Source: Telmatocola sphagniphila
GTDB taxonomy: Bacteria > Planctomycetota > Planctomycetia > Gemmatales > Gemmataceae
Direction: 5' to 3'
DNA: 32,000 nucleotides
Assembly: GCF_018398935.1 (NCBI RefSeq)
Contig: NZ_CP074694.1
Location: 1,410,001-1,442,000 of the forward strand
Of this stretch, positions 16,664 through 27,576 are shown piece after piece. Made by a program: the position numbers and the translations under genes. Positions within the stretch are counted from its first letter, which is position 1, and every line of letters begins with the position of its first letter. Below the pieces are notes generated by a model. That model saw only the letters and a list, made by a program, of their open reading frames with translations, was not told the origin of the DNA and searched no databases.

Positions 16664-17371
16664 ATGAATCCACCACCCATCCTGACAACGACCCCGACGA
16701 AAGCGCTCGGCGAATTGGAGACCGAAACGGTCACCATCGAAGGAGTGAAGTTCAAGATTCGTCGGCCACTCAAGCCAGACCTTCTTCTGGACGATCCGAC
16801 CATTCGCCACGCCAATAATGTGGACGATTACATGCCCTACTGGGCCGAAATATGGCCCGCATCTCGCATGCTCGCCAAGGCCATCTTGAAACAAGGCGAA
16901 GAGTTGTTGCCCCAAAGCGTGAGCGGCGCTCCGGTAGCATTGGAATTAGGGTGCGGGTTGGGCCTGGCCGGTCTTGCCGCGTTGTATAAAGGCTGGCACG
17001 TCGTCTTCTCGGACTACGACACTACCGCTTTGACTTTCGCAGCCGATAACGCCAAGCTCAACAATTTCAAGAGCTACGAGACTCTGGCAATCGATTGGCG
17101 TTCCCCACCGGCGAATCGAAAGTTTCCTGTGATCTTGGGCGCGGATCTGATCTACGAAACCGTCAAGCACGAGCCGCTTCTGAATGTCATTCGTCACTTG
17201 TTGGCACCCGGAGGAGTCGCCCTGTTGACCGACCCCGATCGAATTAGTTGCGATGCATTTCGGGACACCTTGAAGGAATCGGAATTTCAATGGTCGATGG
17301 AATTCATTCGAGCGGGAGAACCCGGCGGTCAACGCTACAAGGGAACACTCTATTGGCTGCAATTGCCTTAA
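16664..17371 (+). CDS. class I SAM-dependent methyltransferase (Methyltransf_16 / protein-lysine methyltransferase-like)
   Basis: 235-aa ORF with SAM motif I (LELGCGLGLAGLAAL) followed by VFSDYD and ILGADLIYE. It starts 8 nt after the preceding stop. Confidence 0.7.
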   Translation: MNPPPILTTTPTKALGELETETVTIEGVKFKIRRPLKPDLLLDDPTIRHANNVDDYMPYWAEIWPASRMLAKAILKQGEELLPQSVSGAPVALELGCGLGLAGLAALYKGWHVVFSDYDTTALTFAADNAKLNNFKSYETLAIDWRSPPANRKFPVILGADLIYETVKHEPLLNVIRHLLAPGGVALLTDPDRISCDAFRDTLKESEFQWSMEFIRAGEPGGQRYKGTLYWLQLP

Positions 17372-17471
17372 GTCGAAGAACCTTGGCAAATTCTGTATCT
17401 CCGCCTTACGGTATTTCCTAGATTATCCTTGTAAGACTTTAGAGCGAGTGAACACTCCATAGCTGGGTCCA

Positions 17472-18932
17472 ATGAGCAATAATCCTCCCACCCGCACAGG
17501 CATTCTGGTCTCCCGCCTGCAAGATATTGTCGGTCATGAGGCGGTGCTTACCGCGAAGTGCGATTTAGCCGTGTATGAGTGCGACGGCTACACAATTGAA
17601 AAGAATCAAGCCGAGGTCGTGGTTTTCCCATCGACCACAGATCAAATCGTCCGAATTGTAAAAATTTGTAATGAATTGCAGGTGCCTTTTCTAGCCCGCG
17701 GAGCCGGAACATCACTGGCGGGTGGCTGTGTACCGGTCGGCGGCGGTGTCATGATCGGCCTGAGCCGGATGAAAAAGATTCTCGAAGTGGATTATCCCAA
17801 TCGTTTCGCACTGGTAGAGCCGGGAGTAGTTAACGTCTGGTTGAGCAACCAGATTAAAGGGAACGGATTTCACTATGCTCCCGATCCTTCGAGTCAGGGC
17901 GCGTGCACTATCGGCGGCAATGTCGCTACCAACTCCGGCGGGCCACACACACTGAAGTATGGTGTAACGGTCAACCATGTTATTGGCGTGGAGTTGGTAC
18001 TTCCCAATGGTGAGATCGTTACGACTGGCGGCGCGGTGGAGGATATGCCAGGGTACGACCTTTCCGGTGTCATTGTGGGATCGGAAGGGACATTTGGCGT
18101 TGTCAGTAAAGCATGGGTTCGGCTCACACGCAATCCGGAGGCGTATCGGACTCTACTGGGTGTCTTTGAGACGGTGGATGCAGCTACCAATACCATCAGC
18201 GAAATTATCGGGGCTGGTATCATTCCCGCGGCTCTGGAACTTCTGGATCAACTGATCCTCGGAGCCGTTGAGCAAGCCTTTCATTTTGGCTTTCCACTGG
18301 ATGCCGGAGCGGTCCTGATTATGGAAGTAGATGGCTTGAATGCGGGGTTGGATCAGGAAGCCTCGAAAATCGAGGCCATTGCCCACAAAAATGGAGCCCG
18401 CGAAGTTCGCCGTGCGGCCACCGAAGCCGAACGCCTTTTGTTATGGAAATGCCGAAAACAAGCTTTTGGCGCCGTCGGCCGACTAGCTCCCAGTTACTGC
18501 ACTCAGGACGGCGTTGTTCCTCGAACGAAGCTACCTGAGATGCTCCGGTTCATCAGTGGTATCGCTACGAAATATCAATTGAAAATTGCGAATGTTTTTC
18601 ACGCGGGTGATGGGAATTTGCACCCGATTCTCCTGTTCGATGAACGAGACAAAGATCAATTGCAGCGAGTGCTGCACGCCAGCCACGAAATTTTGGATAA
18701 ATGCATTGAACTGGGAGGAAGTGTCACGGGGGAACATGGCATTGGGGTCGAAAAGCTCGATTTCATGACGAAGTTGTTCTCAGCCGATGACTTGAACATG
18801 ATGATTCGCCTCCGGGATGCCTTCAACCCCACCAATATTTGCAGCCCTAACAAAATGCTGCCTACTGCCGGAGCCTGTTCGGAAAGTGGGATGGTTTCGC
18901 AAACGAAGCCCAATCGACGGGCCGCACTCTAA
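17472..18932 (+). CDS. glcD: glycolate oxidase subunit GlcD (FAD-linked oxidase)
   Basis: 486-aa ORF with FAD-binding PCMH-type motifs (ARGAGTSLAGG). glcE- and glcF-like genes follow. Confidence 0.85.
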   Translation: MSNNPPTRTGILVSRLQDIVGHEAVLTAKCDLAVYECDGYTIEKNQAEVVVFPSTTDQIVRIVKICNELQVPFLARGAGTSLAGGCVPVGGGVMIGLSRMKKILEVDYPNRFALVEPGVVNVWLSNQIKGNGFHYAPDPSSQGACTIGGNVATNSGGPHTLKYGVTVNHVIGVELVLPNGEIVTTGGAVEDMPGYDLSGVIVGSEGTFGVVSKAWVRLTRNPEAYRTLLGVFETVDAATNTISEIIGAGIIPAALELLDQLILGAVEQAFHFGFPLDAGAVLIMEVDGLNAGLDQEASKIEAIAHKNGAREVRRAATEAERLLLWKCRKQAFGAVGRLAPSYCTQDGVVPRTKLPEMLRFISGIATKYQLKIANVFHAGDGNLHPILLFDERDKDQLQRVLHASHEILDKCIELGGSVTGEHGIGVEKLDFMTKLFSADDLNMMIRLRDAFNPTNICSPNKMLPTAGACSESGMVSQTKPNRRAAL

Positions 18933-18954
18933 ATCAAACCGACATTCGGAAAAC

Positions 18955-20217
18955 ATGGTGACACTCAACTCGCAGGAAACCTGCAGTATCGATTCCTTCG
19001 GTCCCCTCCCCCGGTGGGCTCCCCATTCACCACGGCAACTGGGTGAGCTGGTAACGGAAGCGGCTGGGGAAGGAAAGGCACTATACCCGGTTGGAGGGCG
19101 AACTCAACTCAGTCTGGGCCATACTCCCCAAAAGTTGGGATATGCTGTTTCGACGCTTGGTTTGGACCATCTGGAAGATTACCCGGCGCGAGACATGACG
19201 ATTACGGTGGGTGCCGGTATCACCCTCGCGAATTTGCAAGCGATTCTAGCCAAGGAAAATCAAAAGCTCCCCGTGGATATCCCGTTACCAGACAAAGCTA
19301 CTCTTGGCGGCGCAATTGCCACTAACGCCAGCGGGCAGCGGCGGTTCGGTCTGGGGACACTGCGAGACTATATCATCGGCATTCAAAGCGTGAATGATCA
19401 GGGGCAGATCGTTCAGGCGGGCGGGCGTGTGGTCAAGAATGTCGCTGGCTACGATTTCATGAAGCTGTATACGGGATCTTTAGGGACACTGGCGATTATC
19501 ACACAGGTCACTCTCAAGCTGAAGCCAATCCCGGAAGCGTCCCAGTGGGTGCTCATCCCCTCGACTTTACTCGATATCCCTCAATTGCTAGAGAGGTTAC
19601 GAGTCACCAAAACTCGACCTGTGGCCATCGAGCTCTTCAATCATCTGGCAGTAAATTCTGTTTCGAGTGCCGAGCGATTCGATGAAATTCATCGCCCCAT
19701 GGCGGTACTTTTTGAAGATAACGCTCCGGCGGTCAGTTGGCAGATCGAACAACTCAAAAAAGAGTTGCCCGCTAGCCTGGCAAGCAAGATGCTTTCCCTC
19801 TCAAAAGACCAAATGGTAACATTAGATAACGGAATCCGCGACTTTCCACTGGCGAATACTGCAAAACTCCGTTTTAAAGTCATGGTTCGACCTTCCGATC
19901 TCTGGCTTGCTTTCCAGGAACTATCCACTTTAAATCCCCGTCCGTTACTCAACGCGCACGCCGGAAACGGAATTATTCACGGCTCATTTGATTCTTCTCT
20001 TGGCGAAGAAGCTGGCAAGCTTGTGCTTGCTCGATTGACGAAACTCGCAGAACAAACTCAGGGCAATTTCGTAATTACCGATTGTCCGAAATCCTGGAAA
20101 TCGAATATGGCCATTTGGGGTCGTTCAACCTCGGATCGGGCCATGATGAAGATCGTTAAACAGAAACTCGATCCCGGATCTATTTTCAATCCGGGACGAT
20201 TCGTGGATGGTATCTAG
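18955..20217 (+). CDS. glcE: glycolate oxidase FAD-binding subunit GlcE
   Basis: FAD-binding domain (GGRTQL..., VKNVAGYD). The start is set at ATG 18955, so it does not overlap glcD. The track ORF extends back to 18817. Confidence 0.8.
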   Translation: MVTLNSQETCSIDSFGPLPRWAPHSPRQLGELVTEAAGEGKALYPVGGRTQLSLGHTPQKLGYAVSTLGLDHLEDYPARDMTITVGAGITLANLQAILAKENQKLPVDIPLPDKATLGGAIATNASGQRRFGLGTLRDYIIGIQSVNDQGQIVQAGGRVVKNVAGYDFMKLYTGSLGTLAIITQVTLKLKPIPEASQWVLIPSTLLDIPQLLERLRVTKTRPVAIELFNHLAVNSVSSAERFDEIHRPMAVLFEDNAPAVSWQIEQLKKELPASLASKMLSLSKDQMVTLDNGIRDFPLANTAKLRFKVMVRPSDLWLAFQELSTLNPRPLLNAHAGNGIIHGSFDSSLGEEAGKLVLARLTKLAEQTQGNFVITDCPKSWKSNMAIWGRSTSDRAMMKIVKQKLDPGSIFNPGRFVDGI

Positions 20218-21586
20218 CATGACCATGGCAACGCTTCCCGTTAAGACTGAACTGGCAACGGTCAAAACCGGTCCTCAACCGAAGATCGATTATGAATTGA
20301 TTCTGGATTGCGTACACTGTGGACTTTGCACGGCATCCTGCCCGACCTACGTCATCACCGGCAACGAAGCGGACAGCCCCCGTGGCCGCATTTATCTGAT
20401 GCGTCAGGTGATCGACCAGAAACTCGAGCTCGATGAGACCGTTAAAGGACACCTCGACACCTGTCTGAACTGTCGCGCCTGCGAGACTGCCTGTCCGTCC
20501 GGCGTTCAATATGGCAAACTGATCGAGCCCTTCCGCGAGTTCTTGGATTCTAAAGAACCGCACCGAGCTTTCAAAAACCTGAACTTGCTGCAAAAGTTCA
20601 TGATGCTGCACATCTTTCCCTACTCTTGGAGAGTGCGCGTGGCTCTTTTGCCCGCGCGATTATCCCAGTGGTCGGGAGCCGACTGGCTATTGCGAAAAAC
20701 TGGCGCCCTGAAGCTGTTGCCTAAATCGGTTCGAAGCATGTACGATATGCTTCCCCGCTTGAAACCGCACGGCGGGGGTTTGCCAGAAGTTTTGTTTGCG
20801 GAGGGAACACGCCGTGCCCGCGTGGCCCTCTTCACCGGTTGCGTGGCGGACGGGATCTACCCCGAGACGAATTATGCCACGGCTAAAGTTCTTCAGAAAA
20901 ATGGTTGTGATGTCTGGATTCCGCCAACACAATCCTGTTGCGGGGCTCTCCATTACCATAGCCAGATGGAACACGAAGCCAAACAACTGGCCGGCAAGAA
21001 TCTTACCGCGTTCAATCGCGATGGCTTCAAACTCGAAGAGCTGGATGCCATCATTATTAATGCGGCGGGCTGTGGGGCGATGGTTAAAGATTACGTGCAT
21101 CTTTTCCAGGGCAGCAATCGCGAGGCGGAATCCAAGCTGTTTGTCTCGAAGGTCAAAGATATCACCGAATTCCTGGTTAAGCTCGGTCCCGTGAAGCCGA
21201 CCTATCCCTTGAGAATTCGAGCGACCTATCACGACGCCTGCCATTTGCGGCACGCCCAGCAAATTTCTTCCCCACCTCGGCAGTTGCTGGAGATGATTCC
21301 GGGACTGGAACTGGTGCCGCTCCCGGAAAGCGAACTCTGCTGTGGTGCCGCCGGAAGTTATAATCTGACACAGCCCGAAATGTCGGAAGTCCTGGGGCAT
21401 CGCAAGTGCGATAACGTTCGCAGCACAAAAGCATCGGCCGTTTTCATGGGAAACATCGGTTGTCAGCTGCAAATCGCCAAGTATCTGCGTGAAACAGATC
21501 CCAGCATCTGGGTGGCCCATACCATAGATGCTCTGTGGGCCAGCTATAGCGGTGAAATGCCTAGTGAACTGAGAAAAAAATCGTGA
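20207..21586 (+). CDS. glcF: glycolate oxidase iron-sulfur subunit GlcF
   Basis: Two 4Fe-4S motifs (CVHCGLCTASCP, CLNCRACETACP) plus two CCG-type Cys-rich domains. The start is 20207 or 20219 and overlaps or abuts the glcE stop. Confidence 0.85.
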   Translation: MVSSMTMATLPVKTELATVKTGPQPKIDYELILDCVHCGLCTASCPTYVITGNEADSPRGRIYLMRQVIDQKLELDETVKGHLDTCLNCRACETACPSGVQYGKLIEPFREFLDSKEPHRAFKNLNLLQKFMMLHIFPYSWRVRVALLPARLSQWSGADWLLRKTGALKLLPKSVRSMYDMLPRLKPHGGGLPEVLFAEGTRRARVALFTGCVADGIYPETNYATAKVLQKNGCDVWIPPTQSCCGALHYHSQMEHEAKQLAGKNLTAFNRDGFKLEELDAIIINAAGCGAMVKDYVHLFQGSNREAESKLFVSKVKDITEFLVKLGPVKPTYPLRIRATYHDACHLRHAQQISSPPRQLLEMIPGLELVPLPESELCCGAAGSYNLTQPEMSEVLGHRKCDNVRSTKASAVFMGNIGCQLQIAKYLRETDPSIWVAHTIDALWASYSGEMPSELRKKS

Positions 21587-21599
21587 GCGAGGAGATCGG

Positions 21600-22499
21600 A
21601 TGTCACCCCATGGAATTATCCCACCCGTTGTAACTCCCTTTCACGCTGACGAATCGCTCGATTTAGTCCGACTGCGCGGCCATATCGATTACATGATAGC
21701 CAGCGGGGTGGATGGCATTTTCGTACTCGGTACTACCGGCGAATTTTACGCATTGGATGAAACCGAAAAACAAACGGTGATTGCAACGGCCATCGAGCAT
21801 GTGAATGGCCGGGTTCCAGTTTATGCGGGCACCGGCGCGGAAACCACTCGCGAAGTGATCCGTTTAACGAAAATGGCTGAACGGGAAGGTGTTTCCGGCG
21901 TCTCGGTTATTACTCCCTACTTCATCAAACCCAGCCAGGTTGAACTGGTGGCCCACTTCACTTTGGTTGCGGAGTCGGTGGCCTGCCCCGTCATCCTCTA
22001 CAACAATCCCTCGACCTGCGGAGGCCTGAATATCGAGCCGGATACGGTCGGCCGATTGGCAAATGTTCCGAATATCGTGGCGATAAAAGATTCCTCGGGC
22101 GACCTCCAGAATACGATCGAGATTTTACGCCGCACGGATCATCAATCGTTTTCGGTGTTAATGGGCCGGGACACGCTCATACTTTCCGGGCTGCAAAATG
22201 GAATTCACGGCGCCATTCCAGCGACCTGTAACATTGCACCACATTTTTGCGTAGGAATATACGATTCTTTTCGAAGCGGAAACCTCGAAGCTGCTCGAAA
22301 ATTTCAAGGCGACTTACACCCAATTCGTTTGGCGATGAGTCTGGGAACGGGGAACGCCGCAGTGAAGGAAAGTTTGGCACTATTAGGGCAGAGTTGCGGG
22401 CCCAATCGCATGCCGGTTACGCCTTTCTCTCATGAAAAGCGGGACCATCTGAAGAGCATTCTGAAAACGGCGGGACTGTTGCCGCAAGGCGCTCACTAA
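21600..22499 (+). CDS. dihydrodipicolinate synthase (DapA/NAL) family class-I aldolase
   Basis: GTTGEFYAL, YNNP and the Schiff-base Lys context VAIKDSSGD are present. A GAGGAG SD lies upstream. Substrate is not assignable from sequence. Confidence 0.8.
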   Translation: MSPHGIIPPVVTPFHADESLDLVRLRGHIDYMIASGVDGIFVLGTTGEFYALDETEKQTVIATAIEHVNGRVPVYAGTGAETTREVIRLTKMAEREGVSGVSVITPYFIKPSQVELVAHFTLVAESVACPVILYNNPSTCGGLNIEPDTVGRLANVPNIVAIKDSSGDLQNTIEILRRTDHQSFSVLMGRDTLILSGLQNGIHGAIPATCNIAPHFCVGIYDSFRSGNLEAARKFQGDLHPIRLAMSLGTGNAAVKESLALLGQSCGPNRMPVTPFSHEKRDHLKSILKTAGLLPQGAH

Positions 22500-22505
22500 G
22501 AATTT

Positions 22506-22994
22506 TCAAAGTGTCGTATAGCTCCAACTGACCGGTAAGCCGTTTCGATAAGGCATCACGCCGTGAAAGCTCTTACCATTTCTATCGAAGACCATCGGTA
22601 GAAAAAAGCGATCCCCTTCCCAGAGATTCAAACTCTCAACTTTCTCGACCGGAACCCACTGTAGCGTGCCCTCGTGATTTTCCTGCAATAATTCGCCGGT
22701 ATATTTGGTGATTCGGAAAATAAAGCCTAACCAGTCTTCACCATCTTTTCCGAATCCTGGCCAGCTGATGGTTCCCCGCAGTTCGAGCTCCTCGCAGTAC
22801 AGCCCGGCTTCCTCCAGAATTTCGCGATGCATGCAAGCTACTATATCCTCGCCGCTCTCCATTTTGCCGCCGAGCCCGTTGTATTTTCCAAAGTGAGTGT
22901 CGCTTTCGCGTTTGTTACGATGAATCAGCAACACTTGGGTCTGATCCTCGTTAAAGACATAGCCGAGAGTACCAACGATCGGTGTGAACGCCAT
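22506..22994 (-). CDS. NUDIX hydrolase (MutT-like)
   Basis: Complete Nudix box GKMESGEDIVACMHREILEEAGL. The start lies 1 nt after the upstream stop. Confidence 0.85.
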   Translation of the reverse strand: MAFTPIVGTLGYVFNEDQTQVLLIHRNKRESDTHFGKYNGLGGKMESGEDIVACMHREILEEAGLYCEELELRGTISWPGFGKDGEDWLGFIFRITKYTGELLQENHEGTLQWVPVEKVESLNLWEGDRFFLPMVFDRNGKSFHGVMPYRNGLPVSWSYTTL

Positions 22995-22995
22995 G

Positions 22996-23970
22996 CTAAC
23001 GCGCTTTCTGGGCTTGGTTTTTTAAATGGGTTACGAATCCTTTCAAATCGAGTGGAAGCTCCATCGTCCAGTGCTTAGTGCTACCGTCGGGATGCTGAAA
23101 GCCCAGTTCCATGGCATGCAAGGCTAATCGAGGGGCCTGGCTGGCATCGGGAATTTCGCTGCCGTCCAGTTTTTTTCGATAAACCGGCTCTCCGCAGACC
23201 GGGAATCCCAGTTCCGCGAGGTGAATACGTATCTGATGCGTTCGCCCGGTTTCCAGCATACAGCTTACGATGCTGTATGAACCAATTGTTTCTTCGACCT
23301 GAACGTGGGTGATGGCCTGTTTGCCGGACTGGGACGAAACTCCCGAACCGCGACGGCCATCCCCCCGATCACGTAAGAGCCAACTGGTGATCGTCTGAGA
23401 TTTAGGATGTCCCTGAACTATCGCGACATACTTTCGCAGCACCGTGTGGGCGTGAAACTGCTTCCCGAGAATACGCTCCGCATTGGCGGAGCGGGCGAAT
23501 ACGACCAGTCCGCTAGTTTCCTTATCGAGTCGATGCACGATCCTTAAGCGATGCAGATCGCGGACCGGCTTACCCAGGCTCTTGCTGATTGCCCATTGCG
23601 TTAGGTCTTCCAGAGTGGGCGAAAGCTCGCGCCGTTCCTGTTTCCATTCCCGTTCAGCCGGGTGGCGGACCGTGTTAATTCCTGAAGGCTTTTCCACCAC
23701 TACAACTTCAGCATCTAGATGACGGATCACCAAATCGTGAACGGTGCCACCGCGATGGACTGGCGCAGCTTTGGCCAGGACTTCAACAATCTCTTCTTTG
23801 TGGAGTCTGCGGGCCGGATCCTGGCAGAGACTGCCGTCTACTTGAACGAGTCTCTGAGCAACCAGAGAGCGAACTTGGGTCCAGGATTTTTCGGGGAGAT
23901 TCTGGCGAAGGATAGCCGCAAGTGTGGCCCCCTCTTGAGCTTCGGTGACGGTATAGGATTGCTGAGACAT
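22996..23970 (-). CDS. RluA-family (RluD-like) rRNA pseudouridine synthase
   Basis: An S4-like N-terminus and the catalytic motif HRLDKETSGLVVFA. Confidence 0.85.
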   Translation of the reverse strand: MSQQSYTVTEAQEGATLAAILRQNLPEKSWTQVRSLVAQRLVQVDGSLCQDPARRLHKEEIVEVLAKAAPVHRGGTVHDLVIRHLDAEVVVVEKPSGINTVRHPAEREWKQERRELSPTLEDLTQWAISKSLGKPVRDLHRLRIVHRLDKETSGLVVFARSANAERILGKQFHAHTVLRKYVAIVQGHPKSQTITSWLLRDRGDGRRGSGVSSQSGKQAITHVQVEETIGSYSIVSCMLETGRTHQIRIHLAELGFPVCGEPVYRKKLDGSEIPDASQAPRLALHAMELGFQHPDGSTKHWTMELPLDLKGFVTHLKNQAQKAR

Positions 23971-24215
23971 GGATGGTTCGATTGAGGACGTTGGAAACTA
24001 GTTTTCCTGAGATTTCGCAAGTTCGCGGACATTCGTATTTGTTATTAAATCAGTTAGATCAGATAACAACAATCCGGTGTGGAAGCAATTACGGTTTTCA
24101 GCTGAGAAGTGCAGAAGATGTGTTCGTCATATTCTGGGCCGCGACAATCGGGTCGATGACGCCGACACCGAGAAGTGCAGGATTGGTGAACCAATTCATC
24201 TGGAATCGAACTCAA

Positions 24216-25064
24216 TCAAAGCGAAATGGCCCCCTTCAAAATGTGCCCGCAAGGTACAAAACCGGCCTTTTGAAGTGCTTGACGGCTTGCCACATTTTTT
24301 GGATTGCACCGTGCTGCCGGGACACTCCCGCTTTCGTAGCAGACTCGTTTGAGTTCCTGGACCAGGTAAGTTCCCAGACCGCGTTTGCGAAATGACTCAG
24401 CTACTTTCACGTAGATATCGCCGTACGGTCGATTGTAATGGAATAAAATATCCCCCGTTGCAGCTACGACACCATCGACTGCCACCAGCCATTTTGCCTC
24501 CGAATTCAGGTCCTGTTGAACGATCTGATGAGAATCTTCCTCGCAAGCTTTGCGAAAGTAAGCATTTGGAGGCGAGTGTGCAGTGGTAAACTTGTCGTAA
24601 AACAGAATCGATTCGCTCGACACTGTCGCGGTGAACGCATGCAACAGTACCGTAAGCAGCAGGTCATTGCTTTGCGTCTCGATCTGTGTCACACAACTTG
24701 CAGCGAGAAATACCAGAAAGAAATCAAAAAGACGTCCCCGATACTGAGGTAGCACAAAAAATTCATAGACACATGGGTTTGCTTGCCATGGCCCAGCCAC
24801 AGCAACGGAGCCATAGCCCACCTTGACACCAGCCGTGGTAATCAAGTATTCATGAGTCCATCCAGGCCTCCCATGGATCGAATCGTGAATGATCTGGCAG
24901 TTCATCTCCTGGCGATAAATATCGCGCATACCCTCGATATCCTTGAACTCCACTCGATTTGCTTCCACTTTCATCTGCCAATCCAATCTTCCAAAACGAT
25001 TCCGGTTGAGGTTGGCACCTTTTTTTACTGGTGTCATGTATCCGAACGAAGTGATAATTTTCAT
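24216..25064 (-). CDS. GNAT-family N-acetyltransferase (tandem GNAT-like halves)
   Basis: The C-terminal half carries acetyl-CoA motif A (FRKRGLGTYLV). The N-terminal half is degenerate. The start codon is uncertain. Confidence 0.6.
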   Translation of the reverse strand: MKIITSFGYMTPVKKGANLNRNRFGRLDWQMKVEANRVEFKDIEGMRDIYRQEMNCQIIHDSIHGRPGWTHEYLITTAGVKVGYGSVAVAGPWQANPCVYEFFVLPQYRGRLFDFFLVFLAASCVTQIETQSNDLLLTVLLHAFTATVSSESILFYDKFTTAHSPPNAYFRKACEEDSHQIVQQDLNSEAKWLVAVDGVVAATGDILFHYNRPYGDIYVKVAESFRKRGLGTYLVQELKRVCYESGSVPAARCNPKNVASRQALQKAGFVPCGHILKGAISL

Positions 25065-25192
25065 CTCGAACTGAGCCGGATCGGATGAAATGTGCCAAGT
25101 GTAATCGATAGGTTCGACACACTTGAATCATGCCGTTTCAATCAGGTTAGCGGATTTCGGTTTCGAAGATACTTCACCTCAAACTCAGCCTA

Positions 25193-26488
<1,296 letters not shown>

Positions 26489-26744
26489 CTATCAATATAT
26501 GTCACCGCGAGTTCAAGTTTTCGGCCCTGGACACTAGCAGGCAGTATTCACTGCCCTAGCCTCCGGTTTCCTGATGATTGCTCAATTTCAGGGATTCGTC
26601 GTCCTTTTGTGCTCTGCTGCATGCGTCCGTTAGCTTGAATGCAATTTTCATCGGATTCCTGAGTGATTGCACAGATGCCTGTCTTTTACATACCCTGATC
26701 TCGACGTTCAACATCCACCGCTTCAAGTCGATTACGATTTGCAC

Positions 26745-27464
26745 TTAAGCCCGGATGACGTTATGGTAGATTTCTTGCACGTCATCGCAATCGTTCAGCA
26801 TGCCCAGGAATTTATCGAAAGAGGCCAGTTCTTCGCCGCTGAGCTCTTTTCCTTCCTTCGGAAGAAAAGTAATTTCCTGAACATCAAACACCAAGTCCGG
26901 GAAGGCTTTGTGTAAGGCGGTTTTGGCTTTGAAAAACTCGGCCGGAGGGGCAAAAACAGTAATGGTGCCGTCTTTGCATTCGACCTCTTCGATGGAGACA
27001 TCTTCCGCAAACAGGGCCTCCATCACTTTTTCTTCATCGTTGCCAGCAAAAGAGATCACTGCCAGATGATCGAACATCATCACGACGGATCCAATAGCGG
27101 ACATCTTGGATCCCGTCTTGGTGAAACAGTTGCGCACATCGGAGATTGTGCGTGTGTTGTTGTCTGTTAAGCAATCCACAATTACTAGCGAACCGCCCGG
27201 ACCAAACCCCTCATAACGAGCCGGTTGATAGTTTTCGCCCCCCGTTCCCGAGGCTCTCAGAATGGCTTTTTCAATCACGTGGCTTGGCACGTTTTCCTTC
27301 TTGGCGCGTTCAACGAAAGTGCGTAAAGCTGGATTGGCTGCCGGGTCGGGCACGCCATTCTTGGCCGCCATATACAGTATTTTGCTGTACCTGGAATAGA
27401 GCTTCGAATTCTGAGCTGCTGTCTTGAAAATGGAGTGTTTGCGCTTCTCGAAAATTCGTCCCAT
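26745..27464 (-). CDS. YebC/PmpR-family transcriptional regulator
   Basis: 239-aa ORF with a full-length YebC-like pattern (MGRIFEKRKH...VPDPAANPALR...). Confidence 0.9.
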   Translation of the reverse strand: MGRIFEKRKHSIFKTAAQNSKLYSRYSKILYMAAKNGVPDPAANPALRTFVERAKKENVPSHVIEKAILRASGTGGENYQPARYEGFGPGGSLVIVDCLTDNNTRTISDVRNCFTKTGSKMSAIGSVVMMFDHLAVISFAGNDEEKVMEALFAEDVSIEEVECKDGTITVFAPPAEFFKAKTALHKAFPDLVFDVQEITFLPKEGKELSGEELASFDKFLGMLNDCDDVQEIYHNVIRA

Positions 27465-27576
27465 GGAAGGTATGCCTCTTAATGACTCTCAAGTTATGGG
27501 CGTTGTGTAAGCTTGAGCCTTGTTAAATGGATTGTTCGGTTTTCCTGGTAGTCGCGACCGCAGATAATTCATCGAA

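Noticed and set aside
18817-18954. N-terminal extension of glcE overlapping the glcD 3' end
   Set aside because: The extension would overlap glcD by 116 nt. ATG 18955 gives a non-overlapping start with a typical N-terminus. I made similar trims for korA (15061 to 15022), the Rieske gene (5554 to 5488) and the phosphoesterase (15694 TTG to 15808 ATG).
20687-21520. 277-aa minus-strand ORF
   Set aside because: It is antisense to glcF (clear Fe-S and CCG motifs) and has no recognisable motif of its own.
23973-24395. 140-aa plus-strand ORF spanning the rluD-GNAT intergenic region
   Set aside because: It overlaps the 3' part of the GNAT gene antisense and has no motif or start context.
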